The notes: generated by a model from the sequence alone, not told the origin. A DNA stretch of 64,000 nt from an uncultured Thermoplasmatales archaeon (GCA_964527715.1 CAZGOD010000005.1:22793-86792), one strand, 5' to 3'; positions 29,708-40,785 are shown, numbered from the stretch's first letter. Numbers and translations: made by a program.

Positions 29708-30589
29708 ATGAAAAAGATAATAGTAATTGGAATAACATTATTATGTTTAACAACATGTTTCTTACCTATTACTAATGCAAAATCCATAGAAATTGAATCA
29801 TCCTCAAAAGACAACATCGAATCAGTCAATGTTTTATGTTATATTATCAAAGAAGATGGAAAAGAGACAATAAAAAGCTCAATCACAAGTGATGAATTAA
29901 TTCAAGTTAAAGAAACGCTAAAAAAGATACAAACAGCAATAATAACATTACGATTAAAGGAATCATCAAAAGATGAAAAAGCAAATGCAAATAATATACT
30001 AGAAAACTCATATTCAAAACTAAAAAAGTTTGGACTTTTATCAGATGATATAGACAAGGAAAAATTTGTTGATATAACAACCGGAGAAAATAATATATTT
30101 GATAACTCAAAAAATCAAAAAATAATTGATTTATGCAACAGGTTTTTAAATACAAATGATGATGAAAATAGCTCCTTTGCAATGTCAACATCATTTATGG
30201 GAAATGGATCAAATGTTAACACTTTAAACATAATTGATGTTTTTGCTCCAGTTATACCAGTTTTATCGTTTTTCTTTAGTAATTTCGCAAATGTATCAAA
30301 AGTATTATCATTTATTTTTTTATTTACATTAATTTTATTAGTTACCCCAATTCATTTTCTATCTGGAATTTTTAATGTATTTTCAACTGTTACTGGGAAT
30401 CACTCAATAACAGCATTAGGCAACAACACATATGGGATTGATGAAAATCCAGGAATTTATACAAAATCATTTTTTATAATGACTTCTGGATTATGGATTG
30501 AAATTCCAACTAATTTTTCAGACAATTATCCATTTTATAGTTCAGAATGGTTTTATGTCGGCGTAGGACTCTGGACAGGTATAAAATAA
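29708..30589 (+). CDS. Hypothetical secreted or membrane protein
   Basis: MKK signal peptide, internal hydrophobic segment, very AT-rich. Confidence 0.6.
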   Translation: MKKIIVIGITLLCLTTCFLPITNAKSIEIESSSKDNIESVNVLCYIIKEDGKETIKSSITSDELIQVKETLKKIQTAIITLRLKESSKDEKANANNILENSYSKLKKFGLLSDDIDKEKFVDITTGENNIFDNSKNQKIIDLCNRFLNTNDDENSSFAMSTSFMGNGSNVNTLNIIDVFAPVIPVLSFFFSNFANVSKVLSFIFLFTLILLVTPIHFLSGIFNVFSTVTGNHSITALGNNTYGIDENPGIYTKSFFIMTSGLWIEIPTNFSDNYPFYSSEWFYVGVGLWTGIK

Positions 30590-30662
30590 TATTTCAAAAA
30601 AAGAAACCGCATCGAAGCTAACTTATTAATATTACTTTTTACTTTAAGGGTGAGGTGTTAAC

Positions 30663-31571
30663 CTGGTAGACCTCACCACAGAAATCCAGAATTTAAAGTT
30701 AAAAAACCCAACAATACTTGCATCTGGTCTTATGGATGAGGATGCCGGTAGTATGAAACGAGTTATTAATTGTGGCGCAGGAGCTGTTGTTACAAAATCT
30801 ATCGGGTTAAAACCAAGAGAGGGCTATTCTAATCCAACAGTTATAGAACTTGAACATGGTATTTTAAATGCTATAGGACTGTCTAACCCAGGTATAAAAA
30901 ATTTTGAAGATGAGATTAAAACTCTAAAAAAATCCAATATAACAGTATTCGGCAGCATCTTTGGTTCAAACACAAACGAATTTATAGAACTAGCTAAAAA
31001 AATGCAAAACTACGGCGTAGATGCCCTTGAATTAAACATGAGCTGCCCACATGCAAAAGGATACGGACTAGAAATAGGATCCGACCCAAAACTAGTAAAA
31101 GAAATAACCTCCAACGTAAAAAAATCAGTAAACATCCCAGTTTTCGTAAAAATCTCCCCGAATCTAATGAACATAGTAGAAATCGCTAAATCCGCAGAAA
31201 AAGGAAACGCAGACGGCATCGTAGCAATAAACACCGTCAAGGCTATGAAAATAGACCTCGAACTCAAAACACCAGTACTCTCAAACAAAACAGGGGGCTA
31301 CTCAGGTAAAGCAATCAAACCCATAGGTGTACGATGCGTATACGATATATCAAAAAACATAAAAATACCAGTCATAGGATGCGGCGGTATAACCACCGGA
31401 GAAGACGCAATAGAATACATCATAGCTGGTGCATCAGCAGTACAAATCGGATCAGCCATATACTACCGAGGAATCGATGTTTTCAAAAAAATCTGCGACG
31501 AAATAAAACAATGGATGAAACACCAGGGATATAATACTTTATCAAAACTAGTTGGAGCATCACATAAATGA
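30663..31571 (+). CDS. pyrD: Dihydroorotate dehydrogenase, family 1B catalytic subunit (probable CTG start)
   Basis: LKLKNP.ILASG (upstream of the track start), VTKS, ELNMSCPH, VKISPN, INT, GGYSG.AIKP and GASAVQIG motifs. Confidence 0.93.
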   Translation: MVDLTTEIQNLKLKNPTILASGLMDEDAGSMKRVINCGAGAVVTKSIGLKPREGYSNPTVIELEHGILNAIGLSNPGIKNFEDEIKTLKKSNITVFGSIFGSNTNEFIELAKKMQNYGVDALELNMSCPHAKGYGLEIGSDPKLVKEITSNVKKSVNIPVFVKISPNLMNIVEIAKSAEKGNADGIVAINTVKAMKIDLELKTPVLSNKTGGYSGKAIKPIGVRCVYDISKNIKIPVIGCGGITTGEDAIEYIIAGASAVQIGSAIYYRGIDVFKKICDEIKQWMKHQGYNTLSKLVGASHK

Positions 31572-32347
31572 ACTACCCAAAAGTAACAAAAATAATCAAA
31601 ACCATAGAAGAAAACCCTGATGTAAAAACACTCCTTTTCAAACACCCTGAAAAAACTAAATCAGGACAGTTTTTCATGATATGGATCCCCAACGTAGATG
31701 AAATACCCATGAGCGTCTCATACATCAACGATGACATCAAAGGAATAACCTTCAAACGAGTCGGAGACGCAACAAACAATCTCTTCAAACTAAAAAAAGG
31801 AGACAAAATAGGAATCAGAGGTCCATATGGAAAAAACTTCAAAATAACTGGTAGAAACATCCTCGTCGTAGGCGGTGGAACAGGTATAGCAATGCTAGGG
31901 CCAACAGTCGAAGAAGCAACAAAAAAAAGAATCAACTCAACAATTATACTAGGAGTAAAAAACAGAAAAGAACTATTCTTTGAAAACAGGTTCAAAAAAT
32001 ATGGTGCAAAAGTATACATATCCACTGATGATGGATCAAAAGGCTACAAAGGCATAGCTACAGACCTCGCAAAAAAACTACTAAACGAAAACAAATACTC
32101 CTCTATCCTAACATGTGGACCAGAAACAATGATGAAAAAACTACTAGACATCTCAAAAAATATACCATTCCAAGCGTCACTAGAAAGATACATGAAATGT
32201 GGCTTCGGCATCTGTGGTCAATGCTGCATCGGTGAAGGACTAAGAGTATGTGAAGACGGACCAATTTTCGATGGAAAAACATTAAAAAACATCAAAGACT
32301 TCGGCGTCTACAAAAGAGACGCCGCGGGGAGAAAAATCAAATTTTAA
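31568..32347 (+). CDS. pyrK: Dihydroorotate dehydrogenase electron transfer subunit
   Basis: GQF.M, RGPYG, GGGTG, CGP and ERYMKCGFGICGQC...VC.DGP [2Fe-2S] motifs. Confidence 0.92.
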   Translation: MNYPKVTKIIKTIEENPDVKTLLFKHPEKTKSGQFFMIWIPNVDEIPMSVSYINDDIKGITFKRVGDATNNLFKLKKGDKIGIRGPYGKNFKITGRNILVVGGGTGIAMLGPTVEEATKKRINSTIILGVKNRKELFFENRFKKYGAKVYISTDDGSKGYKGIATDLAKKLLNENKYSSILTCGPETMMKKLLDISKNIPFQASLERYMKCGFGICGQCCIGEGLRVCEDGPIFDGKTLKNIKDFGVYKRDAAGRKIKF

Positions 32348-32374
32348 AACCAAAAAACCGTGGAGAAGTAAAAT

Positions 32375-32794
32375 ATGGTTGTCCACAGCGATGAAATAAA
32401 AATAGAAACCCATGGAGAAGTAGACATAATAAACATCACCGATAACATCCAAAAAATCATAAATAAATCAAAACTTAAAAACGGTATCGCCTGTGTTTTC
32501 GTACCAGGATCAACAGGAACAATAACAACAATTGAATATGAACCAGGTCTCAAAAAAGACCTACCTAGAGCCCTTCAAACAATAGCCCCAAAAGGTGTTC
32601 ACTATGATCACCATGAAACATGGCATGATGACAATGGACACTCACATATACGCGCAAGCCTTATGGGACCAAGCTTAACAATTCCAGTTAAAGATGGACA
32701 ACTAGTACATGGAACATGGCAGCAGATAGTTTTCGTAGAATTAGATACAAGACCAAGAAACCGAAACATCATAGTTCAAATAATAGGGGAATAA
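32375..32794 (+). CDS. yjbQ: YjbQ/UPF0047 family protein
   Basis: DIT, E.EPGL..D, NGHSHIRASL.G and GTWQQI.F.ELD motifs. Confidence 0.9.
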   Translation: MVVHSDEIKIETHGEVDIINITDNIQKIINKSKLKNGIACVFVPGSTGTITTIEYEPGLKKDLPRALQTIAPKGVHYDHHETWHDDNGHSHIRASLMGPSLTIPVKDGQLVHGTWQQIVFVELDTRPRNRNIIVQIIGE

Positions 32795-33630
32795 AACCCT
32801 GTAAAGTTAAAACAAATATAGCTAGGGCTGTCACCACCGTATAAAATATTCACTTTTTCTCTAATTGAAAAACCAAAGATTGTTAACTTCACTGATTTTA
32901 ACTCCATTGGTTCATCGATTTCCCCATCGATTGTTATTTTTTTCTCTTTCCAAAAAATATTCAGCTTTCTAAGAGATTTCTCTATTTTAAATATTTCATC
33001 ATCTGTTTCATTCTGAAATGTTAACTGAACACTATCTAGAATTGTAAATCTCGGTTTTTCAAAAAATATTACTAAATCCCATGAACACGGCTGAATTTTT
33101 ATAGATTCATCAAACTCATAAACTAGTTCTCCTGGGGGATTTGATTTAATTTTACCAAACGAAGCTTTGGCTTTGTCATTATTAAAAGATGATTTCTCAG
33201 TTGTTAACCTCCCAGAATCAAGATAGAACTTGTACTCCTGTGGGTAAATCATTATCTGATGCTGAGTAACAATTAATTTTTCATCATTATCTAAAACATA
33301 TAATAAAACAGGGAATACTATTGGATACTCTATGTTGAACTCGCTCTGAAACTCGTAATTATGTTCAACAATTTCTCCCTCAACTGTCTCCCCGTCACCA
33401 AAATCCCATCTATAGTTTATAATCTCTCCATCTTTGTCATATGACTTTGAAGCGTCAAATTCTATGGAATCCCCAAAATATGCTTTCTCGGGAGCAGTTA
33501 TAACTGCTATTGGCGGAGAGTTAGATAATCCCTGTTTGTTTTGCTCTGTTGGTTCCTTTTCATTTACACAACCTGTCAGTAAGGATACTAGTAGTATCAA
33601 TATCACAATCGTGGATGTTTTTTTGTTCAC
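32776..33630 (-). CDS. PKD-domain lipoprotein
   Basis: LLTGC lipobox; FDAS.SYD.DG.I..Y.WDFGDG PKD motif. Confidence 0.8.
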   Translation of the reverse strand: MNKKTSTIVILILLVSLLTGCVNEKEPTEQNKQGLSNSPPIAVITAPEKAYFGDSIEFDASKSYDKDGEIINYRWDFGDGETVEGEIVEHNYEFQSEFNIEYPIVFPVLLYVLDNDEKLIVTQHQIMIYPQEYKFYLDSGRLTTEKSSFNNDKAKASFGKIKSNPPGELVYEFDESIKIQPCSWDLVIFFEKPRFTILDSVQLTFQNETDDEIFKIEKSLRKLNIFWKEKKITIDGEIDEPMELKSVKLTIFGFSIREKVNILYGGDSPSYICFNFTGFYSPII

Positions 33631-33767
33631 TTTGAACCACTCATATTTATATCCAGCAAATTATTATTCTTTTATATAAATTTTCGTCAATAAACCCAAA
33701 ATATTATTATATTATTAAAAGAACTATATATTGAAACAATAAAAAAAACCTAAATTTAGGGGGAAAA

Positions 33768-36700
33768 ATGCCTACTAAGAAAACACTAGTAATCTACAGT
33801 ATAATCATATTTTCTCTTATATCCCCAGCTTTAACAATAACAGTTAGCTCAGCCTCAGGTCCCCCACCATTCTGGAACCGAAGTTGGTCTTACCGGCAAG
33901 AAATACAAATCCCAATCCCAACAGATAACTCTTTTGCAAAATTTCAACCAATAGACCTCAACATCAAATTTAAAAACCCTTCATGGGCAATAGATGAAAA
34001 CCAGCACTCAATTAGAATCTGCTGCTGGGATGGAAACCAATGGCATGAACTAGAATCACAGATCTATGACCTTAAACACACCGATTCAAACCATATAAAC
34101 AAATGCAGAATTGTTTTTCTAATACCTGAAATAGCAGATGGAAACGAACAATATTTTATATATTACGATGAAAGTAGTAAACCTTCACCTAATTATATAG
34201 ATCACATACAAATCGAAGATGCATATTATTACTATGAACCCATCTCAGATATCTCAGCTGAAGGCGATTACTACAAAATAACCCAAGATGGCGTTATTGT
34301 CTATGGCATAGGACAAAAAGGACAGATCCTAAATCGTAAGATCTCCCAGGCCGTAATTAATTTAGAACCTGGGAGTAAAGAATTTGGTATCATTAATTCT
34401 GATGTTGTAGGTTCTTTTGCTTTTTCTTATCACAAAGGAGTAGAAGAAGAGGACGAAGTCTCATCAGATCAGAAACTTGTTTCCAAAGAGATATTCATCG
34501 ATGGAAATTTAATGGGAGAAGTAGGCATCATCAGTGAATCCTCCAGTAAAAACCTACTTACCACTAACATTTACAAATATTATTATTGTCCCAATAGTAA
34601 CTTTAAACGTATTTCTATAAACGTGAAACACGAAGTCTTAGAAGAATCAATTGTAGAAGGAATAGAAAATGTCGATGGACGTTTCGGCGCATTAGCATCT
34701 CTTAAATCCAGAAGCGAAAGAATACATAGAATGCGCTTCGGTGAAATCCTCCCATACCTACATGTCTACGATGAAAACAATAACATTAGACAATATCATA
34801 TGAACCTAAACCCAGAAACCAAAGACCGAGAATGGATAGTTCCCCTTGAAGATGACTGTGACATTGGCGACGAAGCATGGTTCTCATATGATGAAGGAGA
34901 AACAGGTAAAGCCCATGCAGTTATTTTTTATTCAAATGAAAACGTTGTTAAACAAGGAACTAATGAAACAGATGGCATTCAGATCAAAGTCGCTGAGAAA
35001 GAATACCTAGATATCGTTGGAGCTGAGGTTGACTACGCCGCTATTAACTTCGGTAGAAACTCCTTTGAAAAACACGGCGCCCATGATTTAACTATTCCTA
35101 ATGACCTTATCATAGAGTTTAACGCAGAATTATTCACCACACTTGAAGGCGGATATAACGATGTCATAGAAGAAGCTAAACTTTTTAGAAAACTAGTTAA
35201 ATATCGCGAAGAAGGCAAAAGTGGTTTATTTGAAGGAGAAGAAAACACATACACTTTAACAGTAATACCAAAAATCACAGGTAGAATACTATCCCATCCA
35301 ATTCTATCTAATATCACAGGATTTAATTTACTCAACACCTGGGCAGAATTATACAAAGATGATACACTTATTTCAGTTAGATACCCAGTTAAACCATTTC
35401 TTGGAGCACCAGTTATAAAATTCCCAAAGATACCACCAGGGGAATACATTGTAAAAATCTATCATCAACTCGGGAAACGTGAAAAATGGTATATCGGTGT
35501 TGAACCTGTTAAAATTGAAGAGGATACCAAACTACCAATATTTTGTACCTGGCAAAAAAACATAAAAATATCCTCCCTCGATCAATATAACAATGGCATA
35601 CACGGCATAGAATTAACCATATTAAAAAATGATACCATCATCGTTAAAAACGAAACACTAGAAAACGGACTAATAGAATTTAAAATCCCGTTTAGCCTAC
35701 GTGAAAACTATGTTTTAAAAGCTTTCTACAAAGGTTTCATCATCTATGAAAAAGAAATAAAACCAATGAAAAAAAAGATCGATATCACCCTACATTTATA
35801 TGATTTAACTATAGACGTAAAAGATAAACTCGGCCTACCACCAGGCGTTGATGTCCGTCCATTTTTAATAAGCTCAGAAATGTACAACCCATATGAGATA
35901 ACACCTGAAAACATCGGATCTGGTAAATACATTTTTAGAAACATACCCCCTGCGATCTATGATCTTCAAATATCATTTGGTAGATTCTCTGATAAAAAAA
36001 CCATTACACTACCCAGCGATAGCGATGTTATAAATATCAAATTCACCGCATCATTTAACCTAGACATAGAATTATTTGACGTACATGGAAACCCAATTCA
36101 AAACAACAATCAAAAAATAGACATAATAAGAAACGGACAAATAATACATGAATCAATAGAACCACATGAAAAAATAAACCTACCACCAGCGAAATACACA
36201 ATTAATGTTCACTCTGATGATGAATTAACTGCTACAAAAAACATACAATTAACCAACGATAAAAACCTAAAAATTGTTACAACACAAAAATCAATAATAC
36301 CCCTCCTAGTCATAGGATTAATTATAGTTTTCATAGGAGAAATAATTGTATTACTCATTTTCAAAAGAATTTCTTTAAACACCTTTTTGAAACTATTAGC
36401 CATGGCCCTCATACTAGCATCATTATTCCAACCATGGTGGACATTAAACGCTTCAAGCAATGACTCCCTAGCTACTAAAAACACTGAGACTTTTATACTA
36501 CCACAGGTAACAATAGAAACAATTAATTACAATGGTAAAACAAATCTAGATCTTGCAACAATACCAGAAATATTCACTGATTTCTTAGGAGCTCTATTAT
36601 TTATCGTAGTATCAGGTTTTGTTTTGATGGGTATAAGCTTTTTACCAAACATCTTTTTAAAACGACGGTATGCAAAAATATTAATTTCCGCTAGCATCAT

Positions 36701-36968
36701 ATTTTTAGTATTAGTAGCAGTAGCTTTTTCATTTGGTATGTCAAAAATATGTGAAATCGGTCTAGGCAGCCTGCAAGGAGAAGGACCTCTTGAAGTAACT
36801 CTACCAAACAGTGAAACAGCTTTTATGTCTGCTAACTGGGGTTTAGGCCCTGGTTTTTACCTATGTATCTTAGCAACGGCTATTACAATAATCGCAGGTT
36901 TAATTGATTCAATTAAAAAAGAAAACTGGCCAAAAGCACTTCGAAATAACAAAATTTTAAAATTCTAA
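33768..36968 (+). CDS. Large secreted, membrane-anchored protein (DUF2341-like N-terminus, repeated beta-sandwich domains, C-terminal multi-TM domain)
   Basis: Signal peptide; W..SWSYRQEI.I N-terminus; P.G.Y/PPA.Y repeats; about 5 C-terminal TM segments. Confidence 0.65.
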   Translation: MPTKKTLVIYSIIIFSLISPALTITVSSASGPPPFWNRSWSYRQEIQIPIPTDNSFAKFQPIDLNIKFKNPSWAIDENQHSIRICCWDGNQWHELESQIYDLKHTDSNHINKCRIVFLIPEIADGNEQYFIYYDESSKPSPNYIDHIQIEDAYYYYEPISDISAEGDYYKITQDGVIVYGIGQKGQILNRKISQAVINLEPGSKEFGIINSDVVGSFAFSYHKGVEEEDEVSSDQKLVSKEIFIDGNLMGEVGIISESSSKNLLTTNIYKYYYCPNSNFKRISINVKHEVLEESIVEGIENVDGRFGALASLKSRSERIHRMRFGEILPYLHVYDENNNIRQYHMNLNPETKDREWIVPLEDDCDIGDEAWFSYDEGETGKAHAVIFYSNENVVKQGTNETDGIQIKVAEKEYLDIVGAEVDYAAINFGRNSFEKHGAHDLTIPNDLIIEFNAELFTTLEGGYNDVIEEAKLFRKLVKYREEGKSGLFEGEENTYTLTVIPKITGRILSHPILSNITGFNLLNTWAELYKDDTLISVRYPVKPFLGAPVIKFPKIPPGEYIVKIYHQLGKREKWYIGVEPVKIEEDTKLPIFCTWQKNIKISSLDQYNNGIHGIELTILKNDTIIVKNETLENGLIEFKIPFSLRENYVLKAFYKGFIIYEKEIKPMKKKIDITLHLYDLTIDVKDKLGLPPGVDVRPFLISSEMYNPYEITPENIGSGKYIFRNIPPAIYDLQISFGRFSDKKTITLPSDSDVINIKFTASFNLDIELFDVHGNPIQNNNQKIDIIRNGQIIHESIEPHEKINLPPAKYTINVHSDDELTATKNIQLTNDKNLKIVTTQKSIIPLLVIGLIIVFIGEIIVLLIFKRISLNTFLKLLAMALILASLFQPWWTLNASSNDSLATKNTETFILPQVTIETINYNGKTNLDLATIPEIFTDFLGALLFIVVSGFVLMGISFLPNIFLKRRYAKILISASIIFLVLVAVAFSFGMSKICEIGLGSLQGEGPLEVTLPNSETAFMSANWGLGPGFYLCILATAITIIAGLIDSIKKENWPKALRNNKILKF

Positions 36969-37474
36969 TTCTCCGCTAATTTCTTTAACCGTTCCGTTCC
37001 ATCTATATCTTTTATAATATTATAGACGGTTTTTGGTACAAGGTTTTCCCATTGTTCCCCATTGATTATTCTACTACGTATCTCCTTACCGGAGTATATA
37101 TCTCTCTTATAAAACGGTGTTTCTTTAACAACGTATCCTTTTTCTTCAAATAAATTCTTAGTAATAGGACTATTTGAGATTACTAAATCAAAATCTGAAA
37201 CAATTGATACAACATGGTCCACCCATTTAGGAGGATTATGGATATCTGGAATTAAAACAATCCTATAGTTTTTAACATTTATTTTTTCAAGGGATTTTCC
37301 TATCATTTTTTTCCTCTCGTCCAGTGTAAAAGGATTCTCCAATGCGTTTCCATATTGGGATGATCCTATCCCAATGATTATTTCATCGTATTGCTTTGAA
37401 GCGTTTTGTATAACCCGCATATGTCCCTTATGAAATGGTTGAAAACGTCCTATGAATAAAGCATTCATAATCAT
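36965..37474 (-). CDS. nadM: Nicotinamide-nucleotide adenylyltransferase
   Basis: FIGRFQPFHKGH, GSSQ, NPFT..ER and SG.EIR motifs. Confidence 0.92.
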   Translation of the reverse strand: MIMNALFIGRFQPFHKGHMRVIQNASKQYDEIIIGIGSSQYGNALENPFTLDERKKMIGKSLEKINVKNYRIVLIPDIHNPPKWVDHVVSIVSDFDLVISNSPITKNLFEEKGYVVKETPFYKRDIYSGKEIRSRIINGEQWENLVPKTVYNIIKDIDGTERLKKLAEN

Positions 37475-37674
37475 TCCAGAAAGATGAATGTTAGATACAA
37501 ATATAAACTATACTTTTAGGTCATTTCGGATAAAATTTTATTATAATAACATTTTCCCTAGTTTTTTTACGTATAATAACTCGTTGTTCCCCCTATAAGG
37601 GTTTTTTTTATCTATTTTGTTACTATAAAAACACAAACTATATATATAAAATCACACAAAATAGTTATTGTTAG

Positions 37675-37750
37675 GGGGTCTAGCTCGAAAGGTGATATAA
37701 ATGAAACATCTAATACAAAGATGGCCGTCATTTAATATGAGCAAGACCCC
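37675..37750 (+). ncRNA. Candidate structured small RNA or leader (long hairpin), overlapping a 25-aa ORF at 37701-37778
   Basis: TATA at about 37639-37650; GGGGTCTAGCTC/GAGCAAGACCCC closing stem with inner stems ATATAAATGA/TCATTTAATAT and CATCT/AGATG; SD-like GAAAGGTG bulged. Confidence 0.4.
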
Positions 37751-37888
37751 ATTACTAAGTGTTGCTTATATTATTTAAATATTTTCTAAAAACAAGCCAT
37801 TTTTTAAAGATATTTTCATAAAAATCCTTGATTATATATATTATAATCCATTTTTAAAAAACTTTTACAAAACAATATTTTTTATAGA

Positions 37889-39982
37889 TTATGTTTCACC
37901 TTTTTTCTTAGTAAAATCATGACGAGCTGTTATTTTTTCTTCAGATTCCAACTCAATTTTCGCTGATACATCTAAAGGCTTCATCGCTCTAAGTTTCTTC
38001 AATAACTCTTTTTTACCTGGACCTTCAAGAGCATTTTCTATAACCTCTGTTAACGTATCAACAGGAATAATCTCAATTTTATCCTTATATTTATCTTCAA
38101 CTAAAACATCATTAAGATTTGCCCTTGGAACTATTACTTTTTTAACACCTGCTTCAGCAGCAGCCTCAACCTTTGCTGTAGCACCACCTATAGGCAAAAC
38201 AGTACCACGAATACTAAGTGAACCAGTCATAGCAACATCCTGAGAAACAGGCACACCCTCCATAGCAGATATTACAGCAGTTATAACAGAAAGACTAGCT
38301 GAATCACCCTCCAACCCCTCATAAGTCCCGATAAACTGAATATGTATATCATGTTTCGAAATATCCTTACCCATATATTTCTTAATAATAGCTGAAATAT
38401 TCAAAACAGATTCCTTAGCAATCTCACCAAGTTTACCAGTAGCTATAACTTTACCCTCAGCCTGTGAACCCGCAGGAGTAACCTCAGCAACAATAGGCAA
38501 AACAAGACCACTAAACTCACTCATAGATGGATCCGCAGAATGAACAGCTAGACCATTAACAACACCTATCTCAGCACCCCTGGTTTTAAAAGAACGATAC
38601 TCTTTACGATGCTCAATAACCCTATCTACAACCTGTTGTTCAAGCGATTTCGCAATTTTCTTAGCCGCTAAAACATGCTCCTTTGTAACAATTTTATCCC
38701 CCTTTTCAACTGCTATATCACCTGCTGAACGAATAAGACCACCTAACTCACGGAGACGCAGAGAAAGTTTACCTTTTCTACCCGCTCGTCTTTTATCCTC
38801 ATGTATAGTTTCAGCAACAGCATCCTTATCAAAATGAGGAATCTTACCATCCTTCTGTACTTCCTGAGCAACAAAACGAATAAGTTTCGTCCTATTTTCA
38901 TCAGTATCATCCATGCTACTATTCAAATAGATCTCATAACCATAACCACGTATCCTAGAACGCAAAGCTGGATGCATTCCTTTTAACGCATCAAGGTTAC
39001 CCGCAGAAACCAGGATGAAATCACATGGAACTGCCTCTGTTTTAACCATAGCACCAAAACTACGCTCAGATTGACCAGTGATCTGAAATTTTTTCTCCTG
39101 AATAGCAGTGAGAAGATGCTGCTGTGATGGTAAATTCAATGTGTTAATTTCATCAATATATAGTACACCTTTATGGGCTCTATGAATAGAACCTGCTTCA
39201 ACGAGCTGATGCGGCGGTGTCTCTAAACCAGCGGATTGAAACGGGTCATGTCTAACATCACCAAGTAGAGCCCCTGAATGAGCCGCTGTAGCATCGATAA
39301 AAGGTGGCATATCCTTTTTTTCATGAGATACTAAAATTTTTGGAACCTGATTTAAACTATTACGTTGCGTCAACCCTCCTCTTGAAAAAATTATAAAAAT
39401 CATAAAAGCAAAAATCCCACCAATGAGCAAATATTCAATGTTAATCTTATCACTAGTTCCTGATAACACCCCATAAAAAGCTGCAAAAGCAGAAAGAAAC
39501 AGAATCATAAGAGCTATTGAAACTATCATACTGCTCTGCTGTTCTTTTTTCTTTTTTGCTTCTCTTCTCTGTGCCTTCACTATCTCATTTGCTTTCCCAC
39601 CAGGTACAACTCTTATATGCGGAGTATTTGAATCATCATTATTTGGATAAGCAATAATATCCTCTAACTCTTCTTTTGGAAGGAACACTGTCATAGCCCG
39701 GGCAACCATAGACTTCCCAGTACCCGGGTCACCAATAAGCATAACATGACGTTTTTGCTCTGCTGCTTTCCTAACAATTTCAACAGATTTATCCTGACCA
39801 ATAACTTGATCTAACAAAATCTCAGGAACCTCGATATCTTTGGTGGTTTTGAATTTTTGAGATTTAATCCATTGGTCAACAGGTGGTAACTCCTTTCTTT
39901 TCTTTTTTTTACCACTAGACTCTTTTTTTTCAATTTTCTGTAGCAATCTATCTACCTTGTAAACAATATCTTTATAACTCAC
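37889..39982 (-). CDS. lonB: Membrane-anchored archaeal Lon protease (LonB)
   Basis: GDPGTGKS Walker A, TM insert, LYIDE, EGDSAS (catalytic Ser), PIGGATAK (catalytic Lys). Confidence 0.95.
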   Translation of the reverse strand: MSYKDIVYKVDRLLQKIEKKESSGKKKKRKELPPVDQWIKSQKFKTTKDIEVPEILLDQVIGQDKSVEIVRKAAEQKRHVMLIGDPGTGKSMVARAMTVFLPKEELEDIIAYPNNDDSNTPHIRVVPGGKANEIVKAQRREAKKKKEQQSSMIVSIALMILFLSAFAAFYGVLSGTSDKINIEYLLIGGIFAFMIFIIFSRGGLTQRNSLNQVPKILVSHEKKDMPPFIDATAAHSGALLGDVRHDPFQSAGLETPPHQLVEAGSIHRAHKGVLYIDEINTLNLPSQQHLLTAIQEKKFQITGQSERSFGAMVKTEAVPCDFILVSAGNLDALKGMHPALRSRIRGYGYEIYLNSSMDDTDENRTKLIRFVAQEVQKDGKIPHFDKDAVAETIHEDKRRAGRKGKLSLRLRELGGLIRSAGDIAVEKGDKIVTKEHVLAAKKIAKSLEQQVVDRVIEHRKEYRSFKTRGAEIGVVNGLAVHSADPSMSEFSGLVLPIVAEVTPAGSQAEGKVIATGKLGEIAKESVLNISAIIKKYMGKDISKHDIHIQFIGTYEGLEGDSASLSVITAVISAMEGVPVSQDVAMTGSLSIRGTVLPIGGATAKVEAAAEAGVKKVIVPRANLNDVLVEDKYKDKIEIIPVDTLTEVIENALEGPGKKELLKKLRAMKPLDVSAKIELESEEKITARHDFTKKKGET

Positions 39983-40179
39983 GACTAACCAACTCTAATT
40001 AAGAGTTTTCTCACCGCTGTTGTATATCCGAAACATATATCAACTTTTCTTTTAAATAATTATCAATTTACCTATACAAAATCTATTTTTATCGTCAAAA
40101 AACTAGAAACATTTATAAACTTCGAGATATTTTTTGCTTTTCAAGAATTTGTATAAAAATTTGGGTGGAGAAAAAAATA

Positions 40180-40596
40180 ATGGCAAAGGATATGTATACC
40201 AAGATAGGAAGCTGGGCGTTTTTGATCGGCATACTAATAGCACTAATTGTCGGTCTCTATACTGCATATACAATAGAAGCAGAAGGAGAAACTATGTTTC
40301 TCGCTACTGATGCCGGCGGATGGGTTGTCTGGCTACTAGCAGTACTCGGTGCAATTGTAGGAATCCTAGCATTCATCGGTAAGGGGACAATTACTGCGAA
40401 GGAAGGACCTGGCTTTTTAATGGCAGGAATAGCACTTCTGGTAATGGCACCGGCATTCTGGACAATGACCACATGGATAACTGGTCCATGGATAGGGGGT
40501 TTGTTAGCCGGCATATCAATGTGCCTAGCAATATTTGTCGCACCAGCTGTTGGCCTATTAGCAATAAAAGCAATATGGAAGATGGGAAAAGACTAA
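40180..40596 (+). CDS. 4-TM membrane protein, paralogue of 20895-21314
   Basis: KIGSWAFLIG ... FVAPAVGLLAIKAIWKMGK. Confidence 0.75.
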   Translation: MAKDMYTKIGSWAFLIGILIALIVGLYTAYTIEAEGETMFLATDAGGWVVWLLAVLGAIVGILAFIGKGTITAKEGPGFLMAGIALLVMAPAFWTMTTWITGPWIGGLLAGISMCLAIFVAPAVGLLAIKAIWKMGKD

Positions 40597-40624
40597 ACTT
40601 TTCTTATCTCTCTTTTTCTTTTCT

Positions 40625-40783
40625 TTATTTTAAAAAATACCAAGCTAAAAAGAATAATATACCTATTATCATGAAGACTATCCAAAGAATGTAACCGATT
40701 TTTATTCTAACTAACCATTTTGCTTTTTTCTCAGGAGTATCAAAAAATCTTCCCAAAATAGGGTCATCTTCAATCCTTGTCAT
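40625..40783 (-). CDS. Small single-TM protein, 52 aa, at the end of the atp operon (MTRIEDDPILGRFFDTPEKKAKWLVRIKIGYILWIVFMIIGILFFLAWYFLK)
   Basis: Read by hand; ATG 2 nt after the atpD stop; C-terminal hydrophobic helix. Confidence 0.65.
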   Translation of the reverse strand: MTRIEDDPILGRFFDTPEKKAKWLVRIKIGYILWIVFMIIGILFFLAWYFLK

Positions 40784-40785
40784 AC

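Noticed and set aside
28887..30589. Low-GC hypothetical genes as a mobile island
   Set aside because: No mobility genes or att sites; they resemble the lineage's usual secreted or membrane hypotheticals
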